From Octopus vulgaris (lineage: Eukaryota), in NCBI GenBank assembly GCA_951406725.2, contig OX597837.1:1736001-1800000 (forward strand): a stretch of DNA of 64,000 nucleotides, in the 5' to 3' direction. The notes beneath the pieces were generated by a model, which was not told the DNA's origin, did not search any database, and saw only the letters and a list, made by a program, of their open reading frames with translations. The number at the start of each line of letters is the position of its first letter. Position 1 is the stretch's first letter. A program made the translations under genes and the position numbers. This document shows positions 13,624-28,708 of this stretch, in pieces.

Positions 13624-14210
13624 CAGTAGTAGTAGTAATAGTATCGTCGTCAACATCACCACTAACATACTAGTTAGTAGTAGTAGTGATGGTGGTGACG
13701 GCGGTAGTAGTATTTCTATCTCAAATATAGCAACGATGAAAATATCAAAACGTAGAGCCATAAATAAGACCGTAAAAATATCATAAACGGCTAATGACGT
13801 AATTTAAGACTAGTTTAAGACCTTGATTTATGACAACACTTGTGACGATTTGCCCAAGGGTAATACGATAGCCGAAACTGATAGCAGCAGTTACCTCCGT
13901 GCGGAGGTTACAATGTTTGTCGTTAGAGATTGATGAGGAAGGTGGGAGGTGGCAGGAGGTGCCTGTTTAATGTGTGTTTGTGTAAATGTGTGTACGAGTC
14001 ACTAAATGTGTGAGAGAATATAATTGTGGGTGTAGAAATGGGGAGCGAGGGAGGGTGAGAGGTAGCACTGTCAGTGAATAAATTCCAAAGTTGGACGAAT
14101 AAAAAATACATATATATGTGTGTGTGTGTACAATCATATTACTGATAGCTTCATCGTCATAGATTTCTTTAAAGAGTTGCGCTAACGAAGTTTGCTACAC
14201 ACACACACAC

Positions 14211-14241
<31 letters not shown>

Positions 14242-14593
14242 AAGGCCTACGCACTCACTATGCTTTGCTATTTCTGTTGAGTCAGACAGACTGTTCTTCA
14301 GATTCAACATTTTCCGTTGCTCCCCATCAGACGAGACACTACAAGAACTGACAATCTTTTGGGAACTGAAGACGAATATCTGAGTACACATAGAAACATG
14401 TACACTTGTAAGAATACGTGTGTGTATGTGTGTGTATTTTATGTGTCTATAAGTATGTACGTGAGTTTGCGAGATTGCACAAACGCATATAAACAGACAA
14501 ATATATGTATATATGTATGACGTGTGTATGTATACATATATATATATAAATACCTATATACATATTTATATCTAAATATGAATATACATACTT

Positions 14594-14635
<42 letters not shown>

Positions 14636-15121
14636 GACACACTGCTCTCACACAAAAATTATTTTTTGTCAGTGAAAGTAATTTTCTCTATCGTTTTTCG
14701 ATTTTTTACTCTTTTTGTTTTTACTTTTTTCTCTCATGGTAATTGATAGTTGATTGAAAATGTGAATGTTTGTCGATGTAAGTTCATATCACACACACGT
14801 ATACACACTCGCATACATACATACATGCATACATACATACATACATACATACACACATACATACATACATACATACATACATACATACATACATACATAC
14901 ATACATACTCGCATACATACATACATACATACCTGCAAATATACATAAATGCGTGTGTACATCTCTCATATATTACGTGTGAGTGTGTATCATGGTAGTT
15001 ATAAGTTATTCTGTATTTTTACTCTGTTCTCAAGCGCCACGATCACCAAAATCCTGCTAAACATGTTTTACAGTGCCACCCAATAAAAATATACGGATTA
15101 TGGAATCACGCTATATATAGT

Positions 15122-15472
15122 GCGGCGAGCTGGCAGAGTCATTAGCACGCCAAGCGAAAGGCTTAGTGGCATTTGGTTGGTATTTGTGGTCCGAGTTCAA
15201 ATTCCTCCGAGGTCTTTCAGCATTTCTAGGTCGATAGAATAAGAACCAGTTGAGCACTGGGATCGGTGTAAAAGACTTATACCCTCTCCCGAAACTGCTG
15301 GCCTTGGGCCCAAATCGTCCGTCTTTATGTTTTGAGTCCAAATTCCGCTGAAGTTGACTTTGCCTTTCATCCTTACGGGGACGATAAAATAATAAGTTAA
15401 GCACTGAGATCGGTGTAATCGACGTACCCTCTCCCCTGAAATTTCTGGCCTTGTGCCTCAATGTAAAACTAA
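15122..15472 (+). mobile_element. Two tandem SINE family A copies (15122-15310, 15315-15472)
   Basis: gcggcgagctggcagagtcattagcacgcc head; core repeated twice. Confidence 0.85.
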
Positions 15473-16030
15473 TATTACAACCGTTTCATCTCTCCGTTGT
15501 CTTCAAATCGTCATCGGTGTTTATGAATGTGTAGGTGACGTTCTAACGTATTTTATTACGTGCCTTACATATTGGTCGGCGATATTCCAATCTTGCCATA
15601 TCTACTTTGGATCTGGACCGATATCTAGTGAGGACGGAATGAAAGTCTTCTTCTTTATGGAGGAACGCACACATACATACAGATACAAACATACTTAAAT
15701 ACACACAGATAAATACATAAATATATAAAAGTGTATGCACATATATATGTACAATTACACGAAGCGTATGTATACGAATATACATGTACAAAAACGAACA
15801 CATACTCACAGGAAAGCGCACACGCGTGCACACACACACACGCGCACACATATATATATATACAATGAAAGAGAGAGTGAGGAAGAGAGAGGGAGAGAGA
15901 TGCTGTTACAAATAATGAGGATGATGTGGATGACGATGCTTCAGCAAAAATTCAAAATATAACACACTACAGCAACAGTTATCTGCATGTCTGCTTGAAA
16001 ATATTTATACATATATTTTTACACACACAT

Positions 16031-16095
<65 letters not shown>

Positions 16096-16595
16096 CACAT
16101 ATATTTATATATATTTATACAGTTTTAGCTTTTCAAAATGGTGGCAATCGCCAGGAGATATAAATTGGATTTTCTTTAGAACCACAATTGCACTAATTCT
16201 GTTCACCATATTCTTTCTGTTTTCACATTTGCTTTCGACAGCAGATCAGGGCCACACACGAACAATAAAAATCACATAAACAGTCATACACCTACACGCA
16301 CAGAGACGCACAGACAGGCGTTCAGTGCAGAACACAAATATGTATTCATGCAGACACACACGTACCTAACATGCGCATCCACAACTGTACGTATATATAT
16401 ATATATATAGAAAGAGAGATAAAGAAATATAGACGCTTAGGAACACATGTGCATACACAATACACACTTGCACCAATTTACTTTAAGGTTTTCTCTAGCG
16501 TGTTCACCCAAATAAATTTATTTCACTGAAAATATATTTCTCCGACGCCGCGTTTCTTTATATAGAACTGTGAGTACCACATTTAAATCACATAC

Positions 16596-16690
16596 ATATT
16601 TACAAACACCACTTTTAAAAATCGTACGTGTTCACAAACACTAATTTTAAAGAATGCATATTTACAAACACCACTTTTAAAACAAACATA
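16596..16690. repeat. About 31-bp minisatellite, 3 copies
   Basis: atatttacaaacaccacttttaaaa is repeated, and the middle copy is diverged. Confidence 0.75.
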
Positions 16691-17655
16691 CATCCACACA
16701 TACACATACATATACACACTCTTGCTCAATATAAACTTACCAAAAGCATGTAGATGCACTAATTCATATATAAATATAGGTGCATGCGCACGAATGCCTT
16801 ATTTCCACTGATTTGCTGCTGTAGTTTCCCCTCAGTACCTGTGCTAATGTTTTGCCCATGTATAAATATATAATTCCTCTAAAATGAATCTTCCCTGCAC
16901 CCATCATCCCACCGTTCTTTCATAAGAGGCTCATTTTCTACGCCATCTTTAATCTGTACATACACGTACAGGCATTCACACATACCCACACCTGCTAAGG
17001 TAACTCTCACACAGACATATTACATAAGCACAGGCAAAGAGTTAGTTCATACACATAGTATTCGTTTATAACACTGACATAAGCACCCGCAATAACACAC
17101 ACGTCACGTCTCACGAACTCTCACACATGCATACAGGCGCATGCGCCTGACTGCGTATTTGTTCTAGCGTTCCTTCCAACGCCAATTCGCTGAAGTAAAT
17201 TTAAATTTTTTCAGAAAATACTCTTTTATTGTCGTACATTTATTAAATTTTAGGTTTAAACATCTTAAAACACAGAGGTATGCACCCACACACAAACTCA
17301 CGCGTAAGTTTCACAAACGCATATAAACAAGCATAACACATACATGCATGGGTGCATACATATTTAAACACACACACATATATACACATATCTACATAAG
17401 CGCATGAGCATATTACTAAACCCTTCAGTTTAGCAAATGCGTTTTACGAATATATTTTTCGTATATATTTGAAGCGGAAATAAATGTTCAGACGGAAGAA
17501 GGGTCTGGGTTGAAGCTAAGAGGAATACACAGTAAAATGCGATAGGGTGGAGGTTTAGTATGGGGTCGGAAGGGGAAGGTGATTAGAGAAAGTTGTACCA
17601 AAATGTAATTGTTGCTGCTGCTACTACTACTATTATTACTAGTAATAATAATAAG

Positions 17656-17842
17656 CCTTTCTACTATAGGCACAAGGGCAGAAATTTAGGGGGAGGGGAT
17701 GAGTCGATTACATCGACCTCCGTATTCAACTGGTACTTATTTTATCGACCTCGAAGGAAGAAAAGCAAAGTCGACCTCGGCGGAATTTGAACTCGGAACG
17801 TAAAGACGGAGGAAATGTCGTTAAGCATTTCGTCCGGCGTGC
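17656..17842 (-). mobile_element. SINE family A, slightly 5'-truncated, between (AAT)n tracts
   Basis: Reverse-complement match to the family A unit. Confidence 0.85.
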
Positions 17843-17869
17843 AATAATAATAATAATAACAACAACAAC

Positions 17870-17904
<35 letters not shown>

Positions 17905-17923
17905 TAATAATAACAACAACAAC

Positions 17924-17977
<54 letters not shown>

Positions 17978-18135
17978 CTAGCTGTAATTACGAAAGAATC
18001 CTCTGATAGTTAGAATGATGGGAACTAGGGAAAGAGGGAGATAATACAGCTGATGACGATGAGGAGGAGGAGGAAGAAGAAGAGGGTGGAGGAGATGAGC
18101 ATGATTATGACGATGATGGTGATGAGGTGTGTGTA

Positions 18136-18237
18136 CAACATGGAATAAAGTGGTTCGCCAAAGAACACAACACAGCCCGGTCCAGGAATCGGACTTACAA
18201 CCTTATGATTGTGAGTCCGACGCTCTAACCATTGAGC

Positions 18238-18240
<3 letters not shown>
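18136..18240 (-). mobile_element. SINE family C head fragment
   Basis: aagaacacaacacagcccggtccaggaatcg...tgtgagtccgacgctctaaccattgagcca. Confidence 0.75.
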
Positions 18241-18285
<45 letters not shown>

Positions 18286-18381
18286 GTGTGTGTGTGTGTG
18301 TGTGTGTATTGTACTGTTCTGTGATGGTAAGATCAATAAAAAAAAAGTAGTATTCCATCTGGTGAGAGATAAATATTATTT

Positions 18382-18501
18382 AATAAACACAGTACATGTT
18401 TTTTACGAGCCAGTAATAGCCCCATGTGATGAAAATAACTGAGTCGCTTTCCTCGCATGAAACTATTAGTCGCTCATAAAACATTATATACTGTGTTTAT
18501 T
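18382..18501. repeat. Imperfect inverted repeat (MITE-like fold-back)
   Basis: aataaacacagta...gttttttacgagccagtaatag / ctattagtcgctcataaaacat...tactgtgtttatt. Confidence 0.65.
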
Positions 18502-19945
18502 CAATCACACACACACACGCACACACACTCACGCACACGCACACACAGCCACACTGTATTTTAACACTAAGGGAAGTAACTTTAGGTGAGTCGTGATAGC
18601 GTTGACGTTTCACTTCTACCAAGGAGTCATTGGATGAAATCTCTAAGCGGTTTACAGACGCTAGTCTCCGATATCCAAATGGCTAATAAGTGTCAGAAGA
18701 CGGACACTCGGGAGTCATGAACTGGGTTGGCTCTAGCTCCCTAAAACTGTAAAAAGTAAAGAGCCGAAACGCTAGCTTGAGAGGGGTTTCTTCTCTGAGA
18801 GTCTCTTACTACGAATAGGTAGATACACATATGGCTCAGGTTGATGTCCTGCTTCAGCTCCAGCTTGAATAGTAATTAAAGCACGGACTTGTTATCGATG
18901 CCCAACGAAGCTTGGCTCTAGGGAGTATTTTAGTTGAACAGGTAGATCCCTTATCGACCTCTTGTGATCGATACTTCTGTAGCAATTCTACTTTTGTGCT
19001 TAAATGTATATAAATGTGGTGGTGGTGGTGGAGGTGGTGTTACTGTTGCGGCCTCAACAGCAACACGGTGAAAATTTGTCACAGAATTGATAAAGTACGA
19101 AGAGATTGGAAGTTAGTCAGAAATAAATGTTGTTCTTGGCAAATTCTGTAGTAGTGCTAATGGTGGTGGTTGTGGTGGTGGTGGTGGTGGTGATGACTGT
19201 CGACACACTTTAATGTTGTTGGTGTTTGTGGTGGTGGTGGGGGGGAATGTCTGCATAGGCGGGGGTGAAGCGGGCGGAGGAATTAAATTATTGTCAGGTT
19301 CAGAGGAAGTTGAGAAACGGGTGAATATAAAAGAGGGTTAGGTAAATAGTCGGGTGGCTGGGTTGGCAGGTGAGCGTGGTGGTGATGGTGGTGGAGGGGG
19401 TGTTAGAAGTGAATGTTTATATGAATGAATAAGTAAATACAGGTTTTAGAATTTAATTTGAAATCGATGTGTGTGCAAGGCGTGAAAAATGGAAAAGTGT
19501 AGGTGGGAGGGAAGATGAGGGGGTTGGTGGTTGTGATGGTGATGCTGATAGTGATGCTGATGATGGTAGTGGTGGCGTGCTTCATTCTGGGGGTCGCGGG
19601 ATAACGGTGGTGTTGATAGAAATAGGATAGTATTAGTTAAGATAACAGTTGTGGTGGTTGTAGGTGGTGGTGTTGGTGGTGGTGGTGGTGGTGGTGGTGG
19701 TGGTGGTGGAGATGGTGGAGGTGGTGGTCATGCTGGTGGTCACGTTAGCTTAGTGGATGGTAATGTGTGGAGGTTGGGCTTGCGTTGATTATGGCGGCGG
19801 CGGCGACGTTGACGTTGGATGGTGGGGTGCTTGGTGAGACTGGACATTAAATAGTTGTAATGATAATATTGGTAAAGACGATTATGATAATCGTGGGTTT
19901 GTTATAGGTCGCGGTGAGTGTAGTAGTGGCAGTGGTGGTGCTGGT

Positions 19946-19999
<54 letters not shown>

Positions 20000-20120
20000 T
20001 TTGGTCTTGATAGTATTGGTTACAGTGTTGCTGATGGAAATATACCAGCGGCAGGAGCACTAATTGTATAGGATGTATTATAGTTGTGACCCCCATCATG
20101 GAATTTTTATTTCTGCTATT

Positions 20121-20299
<179 letters not shown>

Positions 20300-20643
20300 G
20301 TTGAAACGGCTGGGTATTTCGGGGTATCACTACATAGGTTTCAGCAGTCACTTTTATTTAGAACGCTGGTATGTTGTGTGACTTGACATGTAGCATATGT
20401 AACATCATGTGACATTAGCTTAGTTTGTGCTTTTATAAAGCCTTGCGTTCAAGTAATACAAACTTTAATTTTTTTTTTTTTTCTTTCGTGAAATTCCACC
20501 CTGGAATATTTCGAATAGTTTATTCGAAATATACCTTGCGAAAAGACGGGCGGTGTGTTTCGCTGTTGATTTACTAATTCGAACTTACTTGACACCTCTC
20601 TTTTAATACTCGCATCTGTAGACACACACACACAAACACACAG

Positions 20644-20932
20644 AGGCGTGGCGGTATGGTATTTTGGGCAAGTGTTTTCATCTACAGTGATCTGGGTGAA
20701 ACTGAAAAAGAATCCCGTCGTGTATATGTGTAAATACGTGTGTGTGTGTGTCCCTCACCGATTGACCACCGGTGTTGGTATGTTGAGGTCCCCGTACCTT
20801 AGCAGTTCGACAAAAAGAGTCCGATAGAATAAGTACTAGGTTTTAGAAATAAGTCCTGGGTTGATTTATTCGATTAGACGCATCAAGGCAGAGTCCCAGC
20901 ATGACCGCAGTTTCGGATCACTGAAATAAGTG
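20644..20932 (+). mobile_element. SINE family B, internally deleted
   Basis: ggcgtggcggtatggt...ttgggcaagtg...ccgatagaataagtactagg...cccagcatgaccgcag. Confidence 0.8.
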
Positions 20933-20989
20933 GATTATAGTGTGAGTCAGTGTGCGTGCGTGCGTGCGTGTGTGTGTGTGTGTGTGATA

Positions 20990-21093
20990 TGCAAAGTCAA
21001 CCTCGGCGGAATTTGAACTCAGAACGTAGCGGCATACGATAAACCGCAAAGCATTTCGCCCGGCGTGCTAACGCTTCTGCCAGCACACAGCCT
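20990..21093 (-). mobile_element. SINE family A, 5' half
   Basis: gcaaagtcaacctcggcggaatttgaactcagaacgt...ttctgccagc. Confidence 0.8.
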
Positions 21094-21104
21094 CACACAC
21101 ATAC

Positions 21105-21555
21105 ATGTTCAACTTCCAAAATGGGCCACCACCACTCTACACACGCAAGATTCCATCTAAAATATTAATCTACACTCTCGTAAGAATGACGGCATTCATA
21201 ATTACTCTTCAACTTATGTCTCACGGAATATTGCCTCCCCTCGATAATCGTTCTTTTCGTAACACCAGTGGCATCCTGGTCCTCGCAAATGGCATACTGC
21301 CTGCACCTGTCACTTAAGTATACACAACACATCCATCTCTAATCGTTTTTTCGCGTACGTTGGTATATTGTGTCCACTCTGCTGCTGGTTCCGCTCTAAA
21401 GACTCTGGCCAATTGCTCCCCATCCAAGATTGTACGTGGTTTAAACGCAGCCATCAAATTACAGATGTTATGGAGTAACGTTGACGTCATCAATCTCACC
21501 TGTTTCTCGCAGCTTAAGAAAGCCCCTAGGGTACAGCCCTGCCTAAGCTTCAGAA
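21105..21555 (-). pseudogene. Highly degraded LINE reverse-transcriptase fragment (RTE-like)
   Basis: Minus-strand remnants LRQGCTL (cf. RT GxRQGCxLSP), ILDGEQL and RVIMNAVIL (cf. KLRVYNAVIL) occur in the expected order. Confidence 0.45.
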
Positions 21556-22107
21556 TGAATAATACAATATGCATATCTAATGGTATATAAATTAATATAT
21601 ATATATATATGAGTAGTAAACGTTACACATACAGTCTTCTGGCCATACATGTGTATGTATACAAATATATGCATATAAATATATAAACAGATAAATGCTT
21701 ATATGCACCTCATTTATGTAGAGATATTTGTATATGTATGAGTGTATATATTTGAATATCTAGATACGTATATCTGCATATCAGTAAATACGAATGCATA
21801 TACGTACACAGATTCGAACACGTATATCCAAGCATCTGTAGCTATGTCAATGTATATAATGCGTATATATATATTTTCGAATAATAAAAAATAACACACA
21901 CATACAAACGCATATGCGTATCAATGCATGCATACATGCATGCAAAAATATATATTTAAGTACGTGTGTGTGTATGAAAGTATGAATTATACGTATACGC
22001 ACATATATACGTCTTAAATGTAATTTATACATACATACGCAAACCCACTGATATGAGACTATATATGAGACTCTCTCTCTATACATATATACACACATAT
22101 ATATATG

Positions 22108-22159
<52 letters not shown>

Positions 22160-22253
22160 TACATATATGTATGCATACATATATCCATACATATATATGT
22201 CTATGTATATATAGATGCACGTATGTATATATACATATATAGGCATGTAGGTG

Positions 22254-22318
<65 letters not shown>

Positions 22319-22340
22319 ATACATGTGCGTATAGTATATA

Positions 22341-22388
<48 letters not shown>

Positions 22389-22965
22389 GTATATATATAT
22401 ATATATATATATAGATAAACCTTTCCTGCCTTCACTAAATAAAGTCTAGTGAAGGCAGCTGACACTAATATGTGTGCTCTTGGCAGCGTCATCGTAGAAA
22501 AATACGATGCATGCCGGTTTCTTTTTTTCCCAACTGAATATAGTAATTATAGACTTTAGCTGCTACCGTATTTTTATTAGTTTCTGTTGACTTTATTCAA
22601 CCGTTTGCCAGCGTAACTAACTAAATAAATAAATAAACAAGAACTAATAACAAGAATAACAATATGGCTGTACATTTTCAATAATTGATAGCTTGAGTGA
22701 TTGACACAAGGATAAAGTGTAATAGAAATGGAATATATATTCCTGGGTGTACGTATATACATTCGCAAATCTGTATACACACATTATGTATGTATATTCA
22801 TATATATATATGTATATATATATATACATATGTGTGTGTGTTAGTGTGTGCGTGTGTGTGTGTGTGTTAATATGTAAATGAATATATAATGTAAATATAT
22901 AGCCGTATATGTATAATGTGTATAAATATATATCTATGTGTTTATACATAGATATATATATATAC

Positions 22966-23062
<97 letters not shown>

Positions 23063-23410
23063 GAGTGAGAGAGGGGGAGAGAGATGTATAACTACATATG
23101 CTTAGATATACTCATATACATGTATATATATGTGTGTGTGCGTACAGAAGTGTATGTGTATACATACATTGATATATGTATGCATATATGTGTGTTGGTG
23201 CGTGTGTGCGTGTTTGTGTATATTTTATGTTACAAGTTACAAAGCATCTATAAACAAACTCAAGGAAAGATAGTCATTCGAGAGCCAATGCCAAAAAATC
23301 TATCAAACTGCTTCGAGCATATGTTTATAGTGAGAAAATGGCTACACATGAATTTCCTGTAACGGTACAATTACACACACACACACACCTATATATTTAA
23401 ATATAGGTTC

Positions 23411-23441
<31 letters not shown>

Positions 23442-24129
23442 CATACACGCATACATACATAATACATACATACATACATACATACATACACACATACATA
23501 CATACATACATACATACACACTCGCATATATACATACATACATACATACATACATACATACATTACATACATACATACATACATACATGCATTACATACA
23601 TGCACACACAGAGCCACATAACTTGAGTGTTTGAAACCCACGATATGAGACGAAAACCTCTCTTAGGATTTTCTATGATTTAAGACTGTATATTAACATT
23701 TATCTTCCTATTTGGTAAATCTGAGTAACAAATTTTCCATTTTTTTGTTTGAAGGACACAATCCTCATCTTGGAATGTCATGAATTTCACAACATAGATT
23801 TTTCTTCCTACGCATGCATGCACACGCACACGCACACACACGCACACACATAATTGTGTGCGTGGTCGTCTTTATGACAGAGTCTATATATCCCATGATG
23901 ATATCGGGCACAGCTGGGTGGTTCAATGTTCGATCCTACTGTAGTTTATTGAGCCCTGTAGTTTACTGTAGATTACTGTAGGTAACTATTTAGCGACTAG
24001 AATCTGTGAAATAGAAACTGTGTGGAGAATCCTACAGGCGTGATAGTTAAGCGTATCATATACCCATAGAAACACACACACACACACACACATACATACA
24101 TACATATATATATATATTTAGCGCGAAAT

Positions 24130-24298
24130 ACATACATATGTTATATAATATTATTATGGTTCCATATGAATCAAGGCACATCAAGTGGGAAGACGCCAGA
24201 AATGGCCAGGTCCGATATCGTTGTTCGAAAGAAAGTTCGTTTCTATGTTTTCGTTTCTCATTGTCTTCAACCTTTTTTTTATGTCCTGTACCCATGTA
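24130..24298. mobile_element. Short unique-sequence insert within TA-rich repeats, possible Penelope-like pLTR fragment
   Basis: Sharp boundaries in (TA)n, palindromic cgatatcg and a T-rich 3' part, as in the other TA-embedded inserts. No complete hammerhead core. Confidence 0.35.
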
Positions 24299-24724
24299 TA
24301 TATATATATACATATATGTGTAGGTATGAACCTATATGCATGCATATATGCATATATTTATATATTATTTATATTATTATACACTGACACATACACCCAC
24401 ATCTATACTCACACACAAACACTTGCATGCTCATCCGCACGCACACACACATACACGTACCATATGATATAAGCGGTTCAGAGATTCCAATTTAGAACGC
24501 ATCCTTCACTCGGAGGAGAATCGACTCCGTCAAGGCTTCATGCCTTGCGTGCTAGTGGTACTCAGTTTCTGGAGTGACGAGAAATGAAGAGACTTGCTCA
24601 AGAACACGATACATTCCACCTCTCCCGGTTGCAGAATTGAAACTACGAACTTAATCTTTCATTGAAATAGATCACACTCCAACCACACGCACACACACAC
24701 ACACAGATGTTTTCTATCTCTCTT

Positions 24725-24781
<57 letters not shown>

Positions 24782-24986
24782 ACAGCGGCCATGCTGGAGC
24801 ACTACTTTTAGTCGAAGATATCGACTCCAGGACTTATTCTTTGTATTCTTTGATAAACTAGTGCTTATTCTGTCGGCTTCTTTTGCCGAACCGTTAATTT
24901 ACGGGGACGTAAACACATCAACGGCGGTGTCAAGTGGTGATGGTGGGGACAAGCACAGACACACAAACACACACGCATATATATAT

Positions 24987-25275
24987 GCTGGGTTTGACTA
25001 CGCTACATTGACAAAGGGCAAATACCCTGAAACGCGTCTGTAGCTGTCTGACTGGCAGTGTGAAGCGGTTGACCTCCCTTGTTCGAAGGTTATAATGGAT
25101 ACAGTTTGTGTATCAAATAGCTAGCTTAAGGCGATGGTCTCATGGAGCTAATTCAGCGACAGCTTTAATCTTATGTCTATAAGACTGCCATATTAATATG
25201 GCGATAACAATTAATTTCCAGTAACGCTGCCGTAATCTCTTTTAGAGAGACTTAGTAATTTTAATATTTCTATTA
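24987..25275 (+). mobile_element. Penelope-like pLTR fragment nested in SINE B
   Basis: Flanked by TA repeats and begins with a minimal hammerhead fold. Confidence 0.65.
25002..25044 (+). ncRNA. Minimal type I hammerhead-ribozyme fold with a degenerate core
   Basis: gctaca | ttgacaa (consensus CUGANGA, 2 transitions) | aggg-caaata-ccct | gaaa | cgcg | tc | tgtagc. Stem I (6 bp) and stem II (4 bp) are perfect, and stem III is palindromic. Confidence 0.7.
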
Positions 25276-25454
25276 TATATATATATGTATGTATATATAA
25301 GACGAGGTTCTTTCAGTTTCCATCTATCAAATCCATCACAAGGCTTTGGTCAGCCCGAGGGTGTAGTAGAAGACAGCTGGTTAAGGTGTCACGCAATGGA
25401 AGTGAACTTGGAATCAAGTGCTTGGGAAGTGAGCTTCTTACCACGCAGCCACTC

Positions 25455-25527
<73 letters not shown>

Positions 25528-25602
25528 TATACATACATATATACATACATACATACATACATACATACATACACATATACGTACTGCCGCATACAGGCGC
25601 GC

Positions 25603-25634
<32 letters not shown>

Positions 25635-26113
25635 CTAGATAGATAGATAGATAGATAGATAGATACAAAGATAGATAGATAGATAGAGAGCGAGAGACAA
25701 AGTAAAATCCATATGGATGGCAAAAAAAACCATAGAAAACGACAAGTAGGAATCTTAAGTGAAACGCTTATTCTTATCACTTCACATACACACGGAAGAA
25801 AAGAAGTATGGCAGAGAGGCAGTTCTTGGCGCGAGAGCGACCATACACGCACAGTCATACATAGATACACATATAAATGATATGCAACTCCAGAAATATA
25901 ATACTCACGCACAGTTATACGCATATATATACATATCTAAAACACCCCGAAATAATATAGATAAACCTCCCCTTCGCCCTCGAAAAAAAAAACCCCGCAG
26001 AGTGCCGAAGCAATAAAATAATGTAATAGTGTTCGCTGATGTAACTTAAATATAATCAATATCCCGTAAGAAATACATTAAAAAAATGACCTCATACACA
26101 TATATATACAAAC

Positions 26114-26185
<72 letters not shown>

Positions 26186-26300
26186 GTGTGTATCGGTGCA
26201 TATATATATTTATGGGTGTATGTATATATGCATATATATCGGTATGTATATATATGTATATATATCTGTGCATTTATACATATATATAACGGTGCATATA

Positions 26301-26340
<40 letters not shown>

Positions 26341-26422
26341 CACACACACACACATATATACATACACTGATACATACACACGTATGTCCGTTCTTTCATT
26401 TATGTGTGTTCATATATATATA

Positions 26423-26459
<37 letters not shown>

Positions 26460-26637
26460 TTATACAATAACGCACGCAAGCACATATAAGAAGTATACAT
26501 GTGCGTGTTAATGTATAAGTATGTGTGTGTGTATACAGAGAAAGTGAGTGAAAGAGAGAGAGTGAGAGCAATAAATGTACTCGAAATGCAACACAAAACT
26601 GCAACATCGACAACAACGTTAACAAAACCCACATGTG

Positions 26638-26765
26638 CACACACACACACTTACACTCACTCACACACACACACACACACTTACACTCACTCACACACAC
26701 ACACACACTTACACTCACTCACACACACACACACACTTACACTCACTCACACACACACACACACA
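26638..26765. repeat. Minisatellite built on (CA)n, unit about (ca)n-cttacactcact, 4 copies
   Basis: Directly visible. Confidence 0.85.
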
Positions 26766-27478
26766 TAGAGCGAACATCAATACATTTAAAAAATACTAAA
26801 TACAACATAACACTACATCAACAACAACTACAATATCAAAATTAATCTACAACATCAATAACAACAACCACAAGGGCAGCGACAGCTACACTAATATCAT
26901 CATCATTACTATTATTATTTTTATTGCTGCTATTATTGTTGTTGTTGTTTTCTGCTACAGCTATGAAGCTCGTACGCGTACATTCATTCGCAGGCTAACA
27001 CGAACACACAGCGCGCAGAGTAGCTGAATAAAAATCAAGATGAATAAAACAAATGAAAAACGCACATCACAGCAGAAGTTGTTGATGTAACATTAAAAAT
27101 AAAGAACCCACCATAAATCAATAGATTTCGAAGAAAAACACACACACATCGAGAATAAAACAGCCAGAGACACATGTAGACCCTGAAGACGTCCAATGAG
27201 AACATCATGGAGAAGAATTGAAACTTAATAGCAGTTGTTGATGTAAGCCTTGCCAATAAATAAATAGACGAAAGAAAGATTTAATAAAATTTATAAAGAA
27301 ACAAGATGGCGGAAAAGTTGTAAAGATATAAAATAAATTTGACACTGAACATGATTTTAATGGGCGGGAAGAAAATGTTTTTTTCGATCCACAAAAGTCG
27401 ACGCCAAATTTTAATGGCTACAACCTGTTACCGCGTAAAATATATTCCAATACACTTTATATAATCTCTGTGTGCGCA

Positions 27479-27537
<59 letters not shown>

Positions 27538-27667
27538 GCATGTATATATATATACATACACACATATGTATATACATATATACATATGCATATATACATA
27601 CATACACATATATATATATATATATATTTATATACATATATATACACATACATATATGCATACATAC

Positions 27668-27699
<32 letters not shown>

Positions 27700-27753
27700 A
27701 TATATATACATACATATACATATATATACACGTATATATATACATACATATAC

Positions 27754-27797
<44 letters not shown>

Positions 27798-28291
27798 TTA
27801 TATACATATATACTCATATATATATATATATGCATACACACACACATATAGCTTATAACACAAAAATCAAAAATATAGAGCACAGATACATACATTTCAT
27901 ACATGTGTATGTGTGCATATATATATAAACTGTGATCATTCATTCGTGTGCGTGTATGTGTGTGTGTGTGTATGTGTGTGTGTGTGTAAAACACATCGAA
28001 GACTTTAAAGGATAAACGCCATAAAAACTTTATATAGTCACGTAAAATCTCGTTTAAAAACGCACGCATATATGCAGTCCTTATATTTCAACACATAAAG
28101 CGCACAGTGGAATAAATCGAAACTGTAAACGAGTAATGGACTCTCCACGCACACAGAATAAGCACAAAAATAAGAACAGGACTCGCTTATAAAGCCACTT
28201 AGTATAAGTCTTAAACAGCTAAGTGCGTAGCAGCCGATACATATACACATGTAGCACATATACATACATACATACATACTTAGGAGCAGGA

Positions 28292-28475
28292 GCACTCCGT
28301 CGGTTACGACGACGAGGGTCCCAACTGATTCGATCAACGGAATAGCTTGCTCGTGAAATTAACATGCAAGTGGCTGAGTACTCCACGGACACGAGTACCT
28401 TTAACTTAGTTCTCAAGAAGATTCAGCATGACACAGAATGTGACAAGGCTGGTCCCTGTTGAATTACAAGTACAA
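28292..28475 (-). mobile_element. SINE family D, 3' half
   Basis: Reverse complement of about 9365-9549. Confidence 0.8.
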
Positions 28476-28708
28476 CGACCACACATGCATACATACATAT
28501 ATACAAACCTATACATATGCACAAACTATTTCAACAATAAGAGAGTATTAAATAAATAGAAAGTTCACTTGATGATGTCATCTCACCTCACATGCGCGCG
28601 CACGTGTGTGTGTGTGTGTACGTTTCTGTGTTTGTGGTTAAAATTCCCGCCATTAGCTGAAACATATCCCCTCTCCTTTGCCTCCAGACAACTTATATAT
28701 ATATTTAC

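Larger units (their letters stand above)
24781..25455 (-). mobile_element. SINE family B, interrupted in its internal microsatellite by the insert at 24987-25275
   Basis: The 3' part (24781-24975) and 5' part (25300-25455) are colinear with the copy at 5250-5685. Confidence 0.85.
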
